Source: Candidatus Bathyarchaeia archaeon | GTDB lineage: Archaea; Thermoproteota; Bathyarchaeia; 40CM-2-53-6 | DNA length: 64,000 nt | NCBI GenBank assembly: GCA_049521055.1 | Contig: JBEKPE010000001.1 | Span: forward strand, 44,837-108,836 | Direction of reading: 5' to 3' | Shown: piece after piece, positions 9,095 through 18,852 of the stretch | How the letters are laid out: each line of letters begins with the position of its first letter | Numbering within the stretch: position 1 is the stretch's first letter | Position numbers and translations under genes: made by a program | Notes under the pieces: model-generated | The model's database searches: none | Told to the model about the DNA's origin: nothing | Seen by the model: the letters and a program-made list of their open reading frames with translations, nothing else

Positions 9095-10657
9095 TCATTC
9101 GGGGGGGATTTCTTTGTAGGCGAGTGTTATGTCGATTCCTCGTTTTCCGTGGTAGTACTTGGAAATTCCGTATAGGACCAGGCCTGTTAGAAATGAGGCT
9201 GCTACGTATGAGTAGGCGAATGTGTTTCCGCCCCAAACCGATGGAAACGCTAGGAACTGGTAAAGCAGGTATAGAAATACGAGTGAGGTGAAGGTTCCAC
9301 AGGATAACAGTAACCATTTCGCCTGTCCCTTCTCCTTCCTAACTCCATACACCGCTCCTGCTGCTCCGATGGAGGCGAAGTAAATCATCGAGGCGATGAC
9401 GCTTCCGTACAGGGATACCAAAGTTCCATAGAGGAAGGAGGCCCCGCCGATCAGGAATACAACTACGACGAGATCAATCAGGTGTGCCACTACGGGGGAA
9501 CCCCATTTGGGAGTGACGTACGCAATTTTTGATGGTAGGAAGCGGTCGAATGCTTCGGCGAAGAGATACCGAGAAACGAGAATTATCCCGTATGCAAGGA
9601 TAGCGACGTTCCAGAGAATCCATCCTAGCCCAATGAACCATGACAAGGCGAGGTTGTTGGATACTCCCATCGCTAGAGTCCAAAAGTTGAACGAGTACGT
9701 ATACACCAAAGTGGAGTTGGCCAAGGCGGCCGTAATGAATTCGAACCCTCCTACAAAGTACATCGTCGCGAACGAACCGGTAACGAGTAAGAAGATGATG
9801 AATGCTGCGATTGGGATGTTCCATTTGAGGGTTTTATTTCCGCCTTTGAGTTCAGATGCTACGGCTGGGCCTGCGAAGACCCATGGGTAAACGAAGATTG
9901 CGAAGAACGGAAGCATCATAATTGTGGCATTGAAATCGAACGTAGACCCTGTATAAGACGCAGCGACCTTTGCGTAGGTCGTATTCGCGCCGATGCTGTT
10001 GAGGAAGTCCATGTAACTCGACACTCCTGCCCTACCGGCAGAGAGGAGTGCGAGGTTACCGGCGATCATACTAATGACACCGACAGTAGTGCATACTGCT
10101 ACAAGTTTGTATCCGAACTTGGGTCTCCAGATATTCACGCCTATCATTACACCGAAGATGATGGCCCCAAGGATGAACTGGGACACAACGTCAGCCCCTT
10201 GAATGTTCCCAGGTAAAGCGAGACCAAGGCAACTTGTGATTCCGCAACTTGTGTAACCCAAAGAGGCTCCTACTGAACCGATTGCAAAGATTGTTGAAAG
10301 CGTAATCAGCGCAAGATATGCCATCGTCTCGAGGGCTGGACCCATAAACGCTAGGGATCCTCCCAACCATCCGCCGAATGTCCGTGAAAGCCAGACATAA
10401 TCTCCGCCCGTTCTGGGTATGCGTTGTGTCATCATCGTGTAGACGACAATTTGTGGGATAGAAAGCACGAACGCAATAATCGATCCATACACAAGGTTTA
10501 CGCCAGATATGGTTGGCAGCAAAACCATCGTGAAACCCACAACAGCAAGCGCCGCTCCGGCTGACATGTCAGCTATGTTGAGAGCGACCGCGTCAAAGAG
10601 AGAGACGTTCTTGATTAGTCCGGTAGCTTCACGAACGAAAACAGCACCTTTAGCCAA
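9095..10657 (-). CDS. APC-superfamily amino acid/polyamine permease
   Basis: About 12 predicted TM segments and APC-like glycine-rich helices. Confidence 0.8.
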   Translation of the reverse strand: MAKGAVFVREATGLIKNVSLFDAVALNIADMSAGAALAVVGFTMVLLPTISGVNLVYGSIIAFVLSIPQIVVYTMMTQRIPRTGGDYVWLSRTFGGWLGGSLAFMGPALETMAYLALITLSTIFAIGSVGASLGYTSCGITSCLGLALPGNIQGADVVSQFILGAIIFGVMIGVNIWRPKFGYKLVAVCTTVGVISMIAGNLALLSAGRAGVSSYMDFLNSIGANTTYAKVAASYTGSTFDFNATIMMLPFFAIFVYPWVFAGPAVASELKGGNKTLKWNIPIAAFIIFLLVTGSFATMYFVGGFEFITAALANSTLVYTYSFNFWTLAMGVSNNLALSWFIGLGWILWNVAILAYGIILVSRYLFAEAFDRFLPSKIAYVTPKWGSPVVAHLIDLVVVVFLIGGASFLYGTLVSLYGSVIASMIYFASIGAAGAVYGVRKEKGQAKWLLLSCGTFTSLVFLYLLYQFLAFPSVWGGNTFAYSYVAASFLTGLVLYGISKYYHGKRGIDITLAYKEIPPE

Positions 10658-10753
10658 TCAGTCTTCCCTAGAACGCCATTCGTAACGTCTGTTCGCATAA
10701 AAGACTTTGTTGACACTTTCAGATGACGGCGGACCTGATCGTTACAAAGATTT

Positions 10754-11797
10754 ATGAACGCACCCAAAAATAAAGCCCGAAGGCCAACTTTGTCAAGTAG
10801 AATTGACCAAATGATCTACGAATTTCCCAAGGCTGAGTTACACCTTCACATAGAGGGCACGTTTGAGCCGGAACTGATGTTTGAAATAGCGCAGCGAAAC
10901 AAAGTCAAACTTCCGTACAAAACCGTGGATGAGGTTCGAAACGCCTACAAGTTCACGGACCTCCAATCATTCTTGGACATATACTACAACGCGATGAGCG
11001 TTCTTCTTCACGAACAGGACTTTTACGAGCTGACCATGGCTTATCTGAAGCGTGCCTCATCCCAAGGGGTTCGCCACGCTGAAATCTTCTTCGACCCCCA
11101 AGCCCACACAGATCGCCATGTACCTTTCGACACCGTTGTCAACGGAATAAGTCACGCTCTCAGCGACGGCCAGAAGAGCATGGGAATGACATCCAAACTG
11201 ATAATGTGCTTCCTAAGAGACCTCTCAGCGGCTTCCGCGATGCAAATGCTGGACAACGCTTTCTCGTACAAAGACAAGATTTTCGCGGTGGGTTTGGACT
11301 CGAAAGAACTCGGGAATCCTCCCAGTAAGTTTCAGGAAGTGTTCACGAAAGCAAGGAAAGGAGGCTTCGTAGCAGTCGCACACGCAGGAGAAGAGGCTCC
11401 CCCCGAATATGTGTGGGAAGCTTTAGAATTATTGGGGGTGTCTCGGATCGATCATGGATACCACTCCCTCGAGGACCCAAAATTAGTTGAAAAACTTGTG
11501 AAGGATCAAATCCCCCTAACCGCCTGCCCATTGGCCAGCGTCGGGGTTCAGTACTTTGAGTCCATGGATAAGTTCCCGATCAAGAGAATGCTCGATCTAG
11601 GCTTGCTTGTGATGCTGAATTCTGACGATCCCGCGTATTTCGGGGGGTATGTGGCTGAGAATTACAAGGCAGTCGCTGACGCGCTGAGGCTCACCGAGCA
11701 GGATATCCTCAAACTTTTGAAGAACTCATTCAAGGCTTCATTCCTAGAAGAGAACTCCAAACAGCGTTATATCGCACAACTAGACGAAAAATTCTGA
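10754..11797 (+). CDS. add: adenosine/adenine deaminase family protein
   Basis: PKAELHLHIEGT metal-binding motif and ADA-family length. Confidence 0.85.
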   Translation: MNAPKNKARRPTLSSRIDQMIYEFPKAELHLHIEGTFEPELMFEIAQRNKVKLPYKTVDEVRNAYKFTDLQSFLDIYYNAMSVLLHEQDFYELTMAYLKRASSQGVRHAEIFFDPQAHTDRHVPFDTVVNGISHALSDGQKSMGMTSKLIMCFLRDLSAASAMQMLDNAFSYKDKIFAVGLDSKELGNPPSKFQEVFTKARKGGFVAVAHAGEEAPPEYVWEALELLGVSRIDHGYHSLEDPKLVEKLVKDQIPLTACPLASVGVQYFESMDKFPIKRMLDLGLLVMLNSDDPAYFGGYVAENYKAVADALRLTEQDILKLLKNSFKASFLEENSKQRYIAQLDEKF

Positions 11798-11871
11798 ACC
11801 GACCGCGATAATTCTCACCACGTCACTGCAAAGGTAACGGTATCGAGACGTCGACTATCTTGCTCTATAAC

Positions 11872-12219
11872 TCAGGGGGGTGTGGTTTGTTCAACTTCGA
11901 CGTTCTCGTCTTCCTCATATTCGTCTTCGTCTTCTCCTTGCGAGAGTGTGATTTCAATGGTTGAAATATTGCCTCGAGTGCCGTCGTAGCGGGTGACGTC
12001 TTCTGATCCGAGGTTTATGCTTTTGACGATAACGTCTCTGAGGAAACTATGCTTTAGCATTTGTACGGTGTCGATGGCTTTCTCTATTGCTTGGCCTCTT
12101 GCCCTGACCATGACTTTCCCGTTGCCCGAATTGAAGAGGGTTACGCAGGCCGTCACGTAGTTCATAATGGGTTTCTTGCCAATTCGAACAAGGTTCGGCT
12201 GACTCATCGAACACACCAT
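11872..12219 (-). CDS. albA: chromatin protein Alba with acidic C-terminal tail
   Basis: LVRIGKKPIMNYVTACVTLFN...KARGQAIEKAIDTVQML matches Alba. It carries an extra EDEDEYEEDENVEVE tail. Confidence 0.8.
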   Translation of the reverse strand: MVCSMSQPNLVRIGKKPIMNYVTACVTLFNSGNGKVMVRARGQAIEKAIDTVQMLKHSFLRDVIVKSINLGSEDVTRYDGTRGNISTIEITLSQGEDEDEYEEDENVEVEQTTPP

Positions 12220-12340
12220 AGCAAAATTGTTGGATTACTCGTGAAGAGCGTTGTCTTTCAGGGTTTTCTGGGAAAGAACCTCTCGCGTTCTATTAAGATT
12301 GTTCGACGAAAGAATTCATTATTAAAATAGCTTGTTCTCT

Positions 12341-13330
12341 CTATCCACCAATGGTATGCATCGGCCGAATGTGTTCGAGCGGTTCATACTTCTTGAGCAG
12401 TGTCTCAACACCGGGCGCCTTCCGCAGGATCGCGTCGCGCATGAAAGTGATGATGGTTTCATCGGTGGCTCCGCCTCTGAGTAGGGGCCTGAGATCGAAT
12501 CCTGTTCGATCAAATAGGCAGGGGACTATTTTGCCGTCGGCGGAGATGCGTATTCTGTCGCAATCGGAGCAGAATGGTTGGGTTATTGAAGTGATTATTC
12601 CGATCTCTCCTTTTCCGTCTTGGAACTTGTAGAGCTTTGCTGTGCTGCCGGCTTGTCGCGGGACTGAATCCAATTCGTAGTGTTCTCGAATTTTCTCCAC
12701 GATCTCATTTCCGCTGACTACTTTATCCATGCCCCAATGCCGCTCGCCGTCGAAAGGCATGTACTCAATGAACCTAACCGTCACGTCACCTGCCTTTGCA
12801 AGAGAAGCTAGGTCAACTACCTCGTCATCATTGCATCCTCGAATGATCACGGCGTTTATTTTGAGAGGCTTGAAGCCGCTTGATTTCGCCGCTTTTATTC
12901 CAGCGACGACGGTTTCGAGGACTCCGCCTCCCGTTATCTGGCTGAACCTTTCGGGCTTGAGGCTGTGAAGGCTTACAGTGATTCCCTTCAACCCTGCTCG
13001 CTTTAGGGCTGAGGCTTTCTCAGATAGGAGGAATCCGTTGGTTGTCATGCTGAGCTGGCGGAGGTTAGGAATGTTAGCTAAGAGCGCGACAAGCTGCTCG
13101 ATGTCGCGGCGCATTAGGGGTTCGCCGCCACTGAGACGTATGTTCTCTACACCCATACCCACGCATAGGGATGCGACACGCCGAATCTCCTCATAACTGA
13201 GAATCTCGCTGTGCGGTAACCAGACCGGGTGTGTGGGCATACAGAACTGACAGCGGAAGTTACAGCGGTCCGTAACCGAAATCCGAAGCTTACGCGCAAC
13301 GCGCCCAAAAGAATCGGTTAGAACCGACAC
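12341..13330 (-). CDS. moaA: GTP 3',8-cyclase MoaA (radical SAM)
   Basis: CNFRCQFC radical-SAM motif and C-terminal second cluster cysteines. Confidence 0.9.
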   Translation of the reverse strand: MSVLTDSFGRVARKLRISVTDRCNFRCQFCMPTHPVWLPHSEILSYEEIRRVASLCVGMGVENIRLSGGEPLMRRDIEQLVALLANIPNLRQLSMTTNGFLLSEKASALKRAGLKGITVSLHSLKPERFSQITGGGVLETVVAGIKAAKSSGFKPLKINAVIIRGCNDDEVVDLASLAKAGDVTVRFIEYMPFDGERHWGMDKVVSGNEIVEKIREHYELDSVPRQAGSTAKLYKFQDGKGEIGIITSITQPFCSDCDRIRISADGKIVPCLFDRTGFDLRPLLRGGATDETIITFMRDAILRKAPGVETLLKKYEPLEHIRPMHTIGG

Positions 13331-13543
13331 CAGACCTTAAACCGCCTGGGTAGCATGCTGAATTTCGACCATTTAAAGGCTGATTTCAATCAGTAAAGGT
13401 GTGGAGGCATGTATTCAAGGCAAAAAGCAGTCGCTAAGACCGATGCAAGAATTCTCCTAGCCGACGGCCTAGCCTCGTATGGCCCAGCCGCAGAAACCCT
13501 AAGCCGCCTAAGTAACATAGGCTAAAAATGCATCATTGGTTCT

Positions 13544-14787
13544 GTTAACTTGTTGGCTCATGAGGCCTTAACTCGTTAACTCGCTTCCATCGACTTTCAG
13601 GATTACCTTCCGAGGGTTCCTGTACCATCGCTTCAACTGGAAGCGCGATTGGCGCGAACCTCACGCCTCTCGCCAGAATGTTTCTGGCCGCGTTCACATC
13701 CCTATCTACGTTCACCCTGCACGATGGACATCTCAGCAGTCGTTTCTCTTCGGGTATTCTCGCCATGCGAGACCCACATATCGAACACTTCGCTGACGTC
13801 CCGTGCGGATAAACATAGATAACTGGCAAACCTTCCCAGCGAGCTTTATACTCGATCTGACGTTGTAACTCCGCATACGACCAAGAATTCATTCTCCCTC
13901 GATACCATCGACCTTGACCGTTTCCACGTTGATACAACTTCCGAACCCCAGTGAGTTGCTCCATGACGATGCCGAAATCGCGGGTCTTGGCTTGTTGCAC
14001 AATCATTTTGGATGCTTGATGGAGAATTCGCTTAACCTTCTCCTGTTGCTTCCGACCATACTTGCTGGTTATTTCGCGGCGGGTGCGCACATCGTTTCTC
14101 CTCATGTGAGATCGTATCTCGCGGTAAGTAGCCTTTACCCGTGTCGCGCCGGAGAGGTCATGTTTCATGATCGAACCGTTCGTGGAGGCTAATGTAACAT
14201 TGTTCAGGTTCCGATCAATGCCGATGAAGCCATCCGGCTTGATCGCCGCCACATGTTTCGCATATGCAAGCGACAGCTTGTCTTGTGTCAACGTGACCGA
14301 ACGAACTGTGTGTTTACGAATTGTTGCCTGAACATGGGGGGTTAGAGGGATTCTGATCCTTTCCTTGGGATGATGGGGTAGTAACAAGTAACCATTCTTG
14401 ATCTTGAAACCGTAGCATGTGGTCAACCGCAAACGTCGAACATGCGGGGTTGTTGGCTTCTTCCCATATCTTGTAGTTCTACGATAGTTCCGGAGGATAC
14501 CTGTTGCGCTGCTCATGGCGCATAGCTTGTAGTAGCTCATAGAATCGTACTCCGTAAGTTGTTTGTACGATTTCAGAGACAGAGCCTTGAGGCTCGTGAC
14601 ATTCTCCGCCAGACCAACCTCTATGCAGGTGTTCGTCATCTGGCGGAAATCGTTAAGCATCCGTAGAATCTCGGGCCTGGGTTCGTAGTATTGTTGAACG
14701 GTTTTGATCGCCCGCATAGCCTAACCTCAACTTTCAATGTCTATTAGCGATGAGAGGTCAGTGAAACCAATGAGCCGATAAGTTAAC
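13544..14787 (-). mobile_element. IS200/IS605-family TnpB-only element, copy 3 (1244 bp) with terminal inverted repeats
   Basis: GTTAACTTGTTGGCTCAT at 13544-13561 and ATGAGCCGATAAGTTAAC at 14770-14787. Confidence 0.75.
13545..14717 (-). CDS. tnpB: TnpB/OrfB family protein (390 aa)
   Basis: Same motifs as copy 2, with about 78% aa identity. Confidence 0.9.
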   Translation of the reverse strand: MRAIKTVQQYYEPRPEILRMLNDFRQMTNTCIEVGLAENVTSLKALSLKSYKQLTEYDSMSYYKLCAMSSATGILRNYRRTTRYGKKPTTPHVRRLRLTTCYGFKIKNGYLLLPHHPKERIRIPLTPHVQATIRKHTVRSVTLTQDKLSLAYAKHVAAIKPDGFIGIDRNLNNVTLASTNGSIMKHDLSGATRVKATYREIRSHMRRNDVRTRREITSKYGRKQQEKVKRILHQASKMIVQQAKTRDFGIVMEQLTGVRKLYQRGNGQGRWYRGRMNSWSYAELQRQIEYKARWEGLPVIYVYPHGTSAKCSICGSRMARIPEEKRLLRCPSCRVNVDRDVNAARNILARGVRFAPIALPVEAMVQEPSEGNPESRWKRVNELRPHEPTS

Positions 14788-14825
14788 AGAGCCCTAATTT
14801 TCATTACTACGGGCTAAGTGAAAGC

Positions 14826-15875
14826 ATGAAGGCATCCCGCAAGAAAAACGACAAATTGAGACCAGCAGAGTTTCGGTTCCCAATGGGACGGCAGAAACCC
14901 CGCACATTCCCGGGCGGCACGGCCAGGGAAGCCACCGCAATCCAATTTCCAACATCCAAGAGCATTGCGGGCGTCTTAATGACGCTTAAGCCGGGCGGTT
15001 TGCGAGAGTTACATTGGCATGCTAACGCCGCCGAATGGGGTTACGTGATAGGCGGCAAGGTACGTACGACAATTATTGATCCTCAAGGCCGCTCGGAGGC
15101 CAACGACTTCGGGCCGGGGGATGTCTGGTATTTTCCACGTGGTCACGGACATTCGATTCAAGGTATCGGGAATGAGACGACTAAGTTCCTGCTAGCGTTC
15201 GATAATGGATATTTTTCTGAGTTCGCCACATTTAGCCTGACCGACTGGTTGGGACACACACCGAAAGACATCGTAGCACAGAACCTACGTGTTAGCTCAG
15301 AAGACCTCAAGAGCCTCCCCCAGAAAGAAGTTTACATCGCGCTCGGGCCGACTCCTCCCGCATCGCCTGAAACGTCCGGGGACATTTTGCATTCTCCGCC
15401 GCTTACCCACAAGTACGAGCTTCTCAGCCAGGAACCAAAGCGTTACCGTGGTAGTTCGCTCTGGCTAGCTTCATCCCGCGAGTTTCCCATCTCCACTACT
15501 ATGACTGGGGCATTGCTTGAGCTCGAGCCCGGTGCTCTCCGCGAGCTTCACTGGCATCCTAATGCGGACGAATGGCAATTCGTCCTGTCCGGTAAGATGC
15601 GCACGACGGTATTCGCATCCTCTGGAAGAGCAAAAACTGTGGAGCTGAGCGAGAGCGATGTGGGTTTCGCCCCTATGGGTTACGGACACTCGCTTCAAAA
15701 CAATGGTAAAGAGACGAGTCGCATTCTACTCGTCTTTAACAACGGAGAATATCAAGAGATCAGTCTAAGCAGCTGGCTTTCTTCAAACCCTACACAGCTG
15801 TTAGAAACCAACCTCTCGCTACCCCGTGAAGTGATTGAAAAACTCCCCCGGAAGGAAGAATTCATTTTCGGATGA
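14826..15875 (+). CDS. bicupin protein, oxalate decarboxylase/oxidase family
   Basis: Two LRELHWH(A/P)NA(A/D)EW motifs (Mn-binding cupin) in tandem. Confidence 0.65.
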   Translation: MKASRKKNDKLRPAEFRFPMGRQKPRTFPGGTAREATAIQFPTSKSIAGVLMTLKPGGLRELHWHANAAEWGYVIGGKVRTTIIDPQGRSEANDFGPGDVWYFPRGHGHSIQGIGNETTKFLLAFDNGYFSEFATFSLTDWLGHTPKDIVAQNLRVSSEDLKSLPQKEVYIALGPTPPASPETSGDILHSPPLTHKYELLSQEPKRYRGSSLWLASSREFPISTTMTGALLELEPGALRELHWHPNADEWQFVLSGKMRTTVFASSGRAKTVELSESDVGFAPMGYGHSLQNNGKETSRILLVFNNGEYQEISLSSWLSSNPTQLLETNLSLPREVIEKLPRKEEFIFG

Positions 15876-15881
15876 TGTCTG

Positions 15882-16133
15882 ATGCCTAGAAAGCTTCCTT
15901 CTTCATACTTGCGGAAACTGAATGAAGAGCAAAAGAGATCCAAAGTTTTCGCGGAGAAAGCTGCGGCCAAGAAACTGGAGCCAAAGGACCCGGATTCGGG
16001 AAAGCTCAAAGGGTTTACTGGGATTTGTCAAGCGTGTGGTTCTCGCACGAAATTCACGGTGGATAAGTTTGGTTACGCGACGTGCGGCAACTGTAGGGCA
16101 ATTGCCAGTTACAAGTTCGGCCATGTAGCCTAA
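15882..16133 (+). CDS. small zinc-ribbon protein (hypothetical)
   Basis: Lysine-rich N-terminus, then CQACG...CGNC. Confidence 0.3.
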   Translation: MPRKLPSSYLRKLNEEQKRSKVFAEKAAAKKLEPKDPDSGKLKGFTGICQACGSRTKFTVDKFGYATCGNCRAIASYKFGHVA

Positions 16134-16152
16134 TCGGAGGTCAATAGGTGAG

Positions 16153-16818
16153 CTACGTAACTACAGCTTGCTCTAAGGTATCGGCCCTCGCCTCAACCAA
16201 TTCGAGATTGAAAGTGTCTTCAAACTTCTTTCGAACCTGCTCTTTTACGTCACGGAGGTTCAGGTCTGTGCCGAGCAAGGCTTTCATCGAGGTCATGGTT
16301 GAACCAGAGAACCCGCACGGGTTGATCTTGTAGAAGTAATTTAAGTCCGTGTTCGCGTTGAGCGCGAATCCGTGAAAGCTTACCCAGTTTCTAATCGCTG
16401 CACCGATTGAAGCAATCTTCTTGCTACCCACCCACACACCAGTTTGCTCTCCTCGCCCCCCAGCGATGCCGAACTCCCTAATCGTCAGGATGAGTGTTTG
16501 CTCGATGTTTCTTAGGAATCCATGAATGTCTCGCTTTCTCTCATTCAAGTCTAGAATTGGATAACCCACTATCTGTCCCAAGCCGTGGTACGTCCACTGG
16601 CCGCCCCGTTCTATTCGGAATACTGGGACGCCATCGATTTGGGGAGGGATGTCACCAGAGACTGCTTTGCCTACCGTGAATACGTGTGGATGTTCCACGA
16701 GGATTAAGCTGTCCGGAATAAGTTTCCTTGCCCGAAGATCAACGAGCTTGCGCTGGAGTTCCCATACTTGTGCGTATTCTCGTTGGCCGAGGTCGAGTAG
16801 GTTTCCTTTCGTTGTCAT
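16153..16818 (-). CDS. lipB: octanoyltransferase LipB
   Basis: BPL/LPL catalytic domain. LILVEHPHVFTVGK is LipB-like. Confidence 0.8.
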   Translation of the reverse strand: MTTKGNLLDLGQREYAQVWELQRKLVDLRARKLIPDSLILVEHPHVFTVGKAVSGDIPPQIDGVPVFRIERGGQWTYHGLGQIVGYPILDLNERKRDIHGFLRNIEQTLILTIREFGIAGGRGEQTGVWVGSKKIASIGAAIRNWVSFHGFALNANTDLNYFYKINPCGFSGSTMTSMKALLGTDLNLRDVKEQVRKKFEDTFNLELVEARADTLEQAVVT

Positions 16819-18218
16819 TTCTGTAGGATGTGAATCGCTTTTCCTTTTGCTGCTTCCGCTGCCTCCATCACACTTTCTGGCAAAGTGGGGTGTGGGTGAA
16901 CTGTGAGTCCAATGTCCTCTAATGTTGCTCCCATTTCTATGGCGAGAGCTGCTTCGCTAATTAGGTCTGAGGCTTCGGAGCCAACTATGTGGACACCGAG
17001 CACTAGATCGGAGCTTTTGTCGGCGACTATCTTGGCGAATCCCTCGGTTTCGCCTGCGAGGAGTGCGCGTCCCAAGGCTGTAAATGGAAACTTGCCGACG
17101 ATTGGGTCGTAGCCTTTTTCTTTTGCTTGCGATTCGGTGAGGCCGACGGTTGCGATTTCAGGGTCGGTGAATATGACTCCAGGGATCGCGTGAAAGTCAG
17201 CTTCACTGCTCATTCCCGCGATAACCTCCGCAGCGACGATTCCTTCCTTGGATGCTTTGTGTGCGAGCATGGGTGGGCCTACTACGTCCCCTATCGCGTA
17301 GACGCCCGGTAAGTTGGTTTGCATTTTCTTGTTGACTTGAATGAACCCGTGCGAATCAGTTTGGATCCCGACTTTTTCCAGGCCGATTTCGTCGCTGTTT
17401 GGGCGTCTGCCTACGGTGACTAAGACCTTGTCAGCGTCAAATGCGCCTTCCTTTCCGTCCTCTAGGGTTGCGTAGATCTTACCGTCGCGAAATTCCTTCG
17501 CCTTGGATTTGACATGGTATTCAATGCCAAGTTTTCGAAGTGACCGTTCGACGACCCTGACTAGGTCGATGTCGGTTCCGGGGAGAAGTTGGTCTAACAT
17601 TTCGATTATGGTTACTTTGGTTCCAAGCTGGGCGTACATAGTTCCCATCTCCAATCCGGTCACTCCTCCCCCGATTATGGCCAACCTCTTGGGGACCTGT
17701 TGTAGTGACAATGCTTCGGTGGAGCTGATTATGCTGGTTCCGTTGAACTTGAAGGTAGGAAGGTCGTAGTAACGCGAACCCGTGGCTATGATGATGTCCT
17801 TTGCTTCGATGATTTCCGTCCCAGTCGTGCTCTTGACTTCGAGCTGGTTAGCTGCTATGAATTTCCCGGTTCCTTTTACGAGCTTGACGTTGTTTCCTTT
17901 GAGTAAGTAATCAATACCGGATACTAGGCGATCGACCACACCCTGTTTCCAAGCTTGCACTTTAGCAAAATCTACGCTGACTCCAGTTACCTCTAGGCCA
18001 ATCTGTTTGGCTGCTTCGACTCGCTGTTTTAGTTTAGCGACGCGGATAAGTGCCTTCGAGGGTATGCACCCAATGTTTAGGCATACGCCACCCAGCTTTT
18101 CTTTCTCTATGAGGACTGTTTCCTTCCCGAGCTGCCCGAGTCGTATGGCCGCAACATAGCCACCCGGTCCACTCCCAAGCACAGCAGCCTCGATCTTCTG
18201 AGTCATTCTAACCACCAA
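16815..18218 (-). CDS. lpdA: dihydrolipoyl dehydrogenase (E3)
   Basis: GSGPGGYVAA FAD motif, redox-active GGVCLNIGCIPSK and dimerisation domain. Confidence 0.9.
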   Translation of the reverse strand: MVVRMTQKIEAAVLGSGPGGYVAAIRLGQLGKETVLIEKEKLGGVCLNIGCIPSKALIRVAKLKQRVEAAKQIGLEVTGVSVDFAKVQAWKQGVVDRLVSGIDYLLKGNNVKLVKGTGKFIAANQLEVKSTTGTEIIEAKDIIIATGSRYYDLPTFKFNGTSIISSTEALSLQQVPKRLAIIGGGVTGLEMGTMYAQLGTKVTIIEMLDQLLPGTDIDLVRVVERSLRKLGIEYHVKSKAKEFRDGKIYATLEDGKEGAFDADKVLVTVGRRPNSDEIGLEKVGIQTDSHGFIQVNKKMQTNLPGVYAIGDVVGPPMLAHKASKEGIVAAEVIAGMSSEADFHAIPGVIFTDPEIATVGLTESQAKEKGYDPIVGKFPFTALGRALLAGETEGFAKIVADKSSDLVLGVHIVGSEASDLISEAALAIEMGATLEDIGLTVHPHPTLPESVMEAAEAAKGKAIHILQK

Positions 18219-18411
18219 ATTCAGATTTATGAAGCGAAATCATGGATTAAAATTGATGTTCCTGAAGGTAGGAAACAGAGCCGTCCATTCTATTTGCTAA
18301 CCTCAACTACCCGATTGCATGCAGAAATCTGCGGCGTATGGCAAAGCTACGCTAACCTGGTCTAGCTAGCGTTTAATGGTAGTCTAAAAACTGAGTTCAA
18401 ATTCAGTCGCC

Positions 18412-18434
18412 CGCACCATTAGACCCACACACAC
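18412..18434. repeat. palindromic repeat family copy R1 (CGCACCATTAGACCCACACACAC)
   Basis: Matches the GCGyACCAyTAGmCCCACACACAC consensus. Confidence 0.6.
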
Positions 18435-18437
18435 CGT

Positions 18438-18656
18438 TTACTGGTGTGGCAGGTAGACTACCGCTCCGATAGCGAGCGTAACAATTAGAATCACGGCGAA
18501 GGCAGCAGCGAACCTGCCCGGTGTCCATCTGATGCCGTGCGAAACCCATGTGGTGCCGCCATACTTCCAAGACAGAAGCGCGTAACCGATAATTCCAGCA
18601 ACAATCACAGCGGTTCCAAGGAAAACTAAATGCAGAGGATAACTCATCAAATTCAA
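18438..18656 (-). CDS. small membrane protein (hypothetical)
   Basis: Two hydrophobic segments and no homology recognised. Confidence 0.3.
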   Translation of the reverse strand: MNLMSYPLHLVFLGTAVIVAGIIGYALLSWKYGGTTWVSHGIRWTPGRFAAAFAVILIVTLAIGAVVYLPHQ

Positions 18657-18728
18657 AACATTTCACCTACCATTAATATGTTACAACTTGCTCTTACTGG
18701 TTTTCCTAGTTTTCTCAAATCAAAATCA

Positions 18729-18764
18729 GGTGTGTGTGCGCACAAGTGATGCCACACACACTAG
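18729..18764. repeat. palindromic repeat family copy R2 (GGTGTGTGTGCGCACAAGTGATGCCACACACACTAG)
   Basis: GTGTGTG / CACACAC arms. Confidence 0.6.
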
Positions 18765-18852
18765 AACTATCCCCCTAACGATTACCTTGTCATTGACGGA
18801 ACGATTACGCTAGATCTCATGCCTGACTTGCACCACGTTTTTCCGTGTCCCT

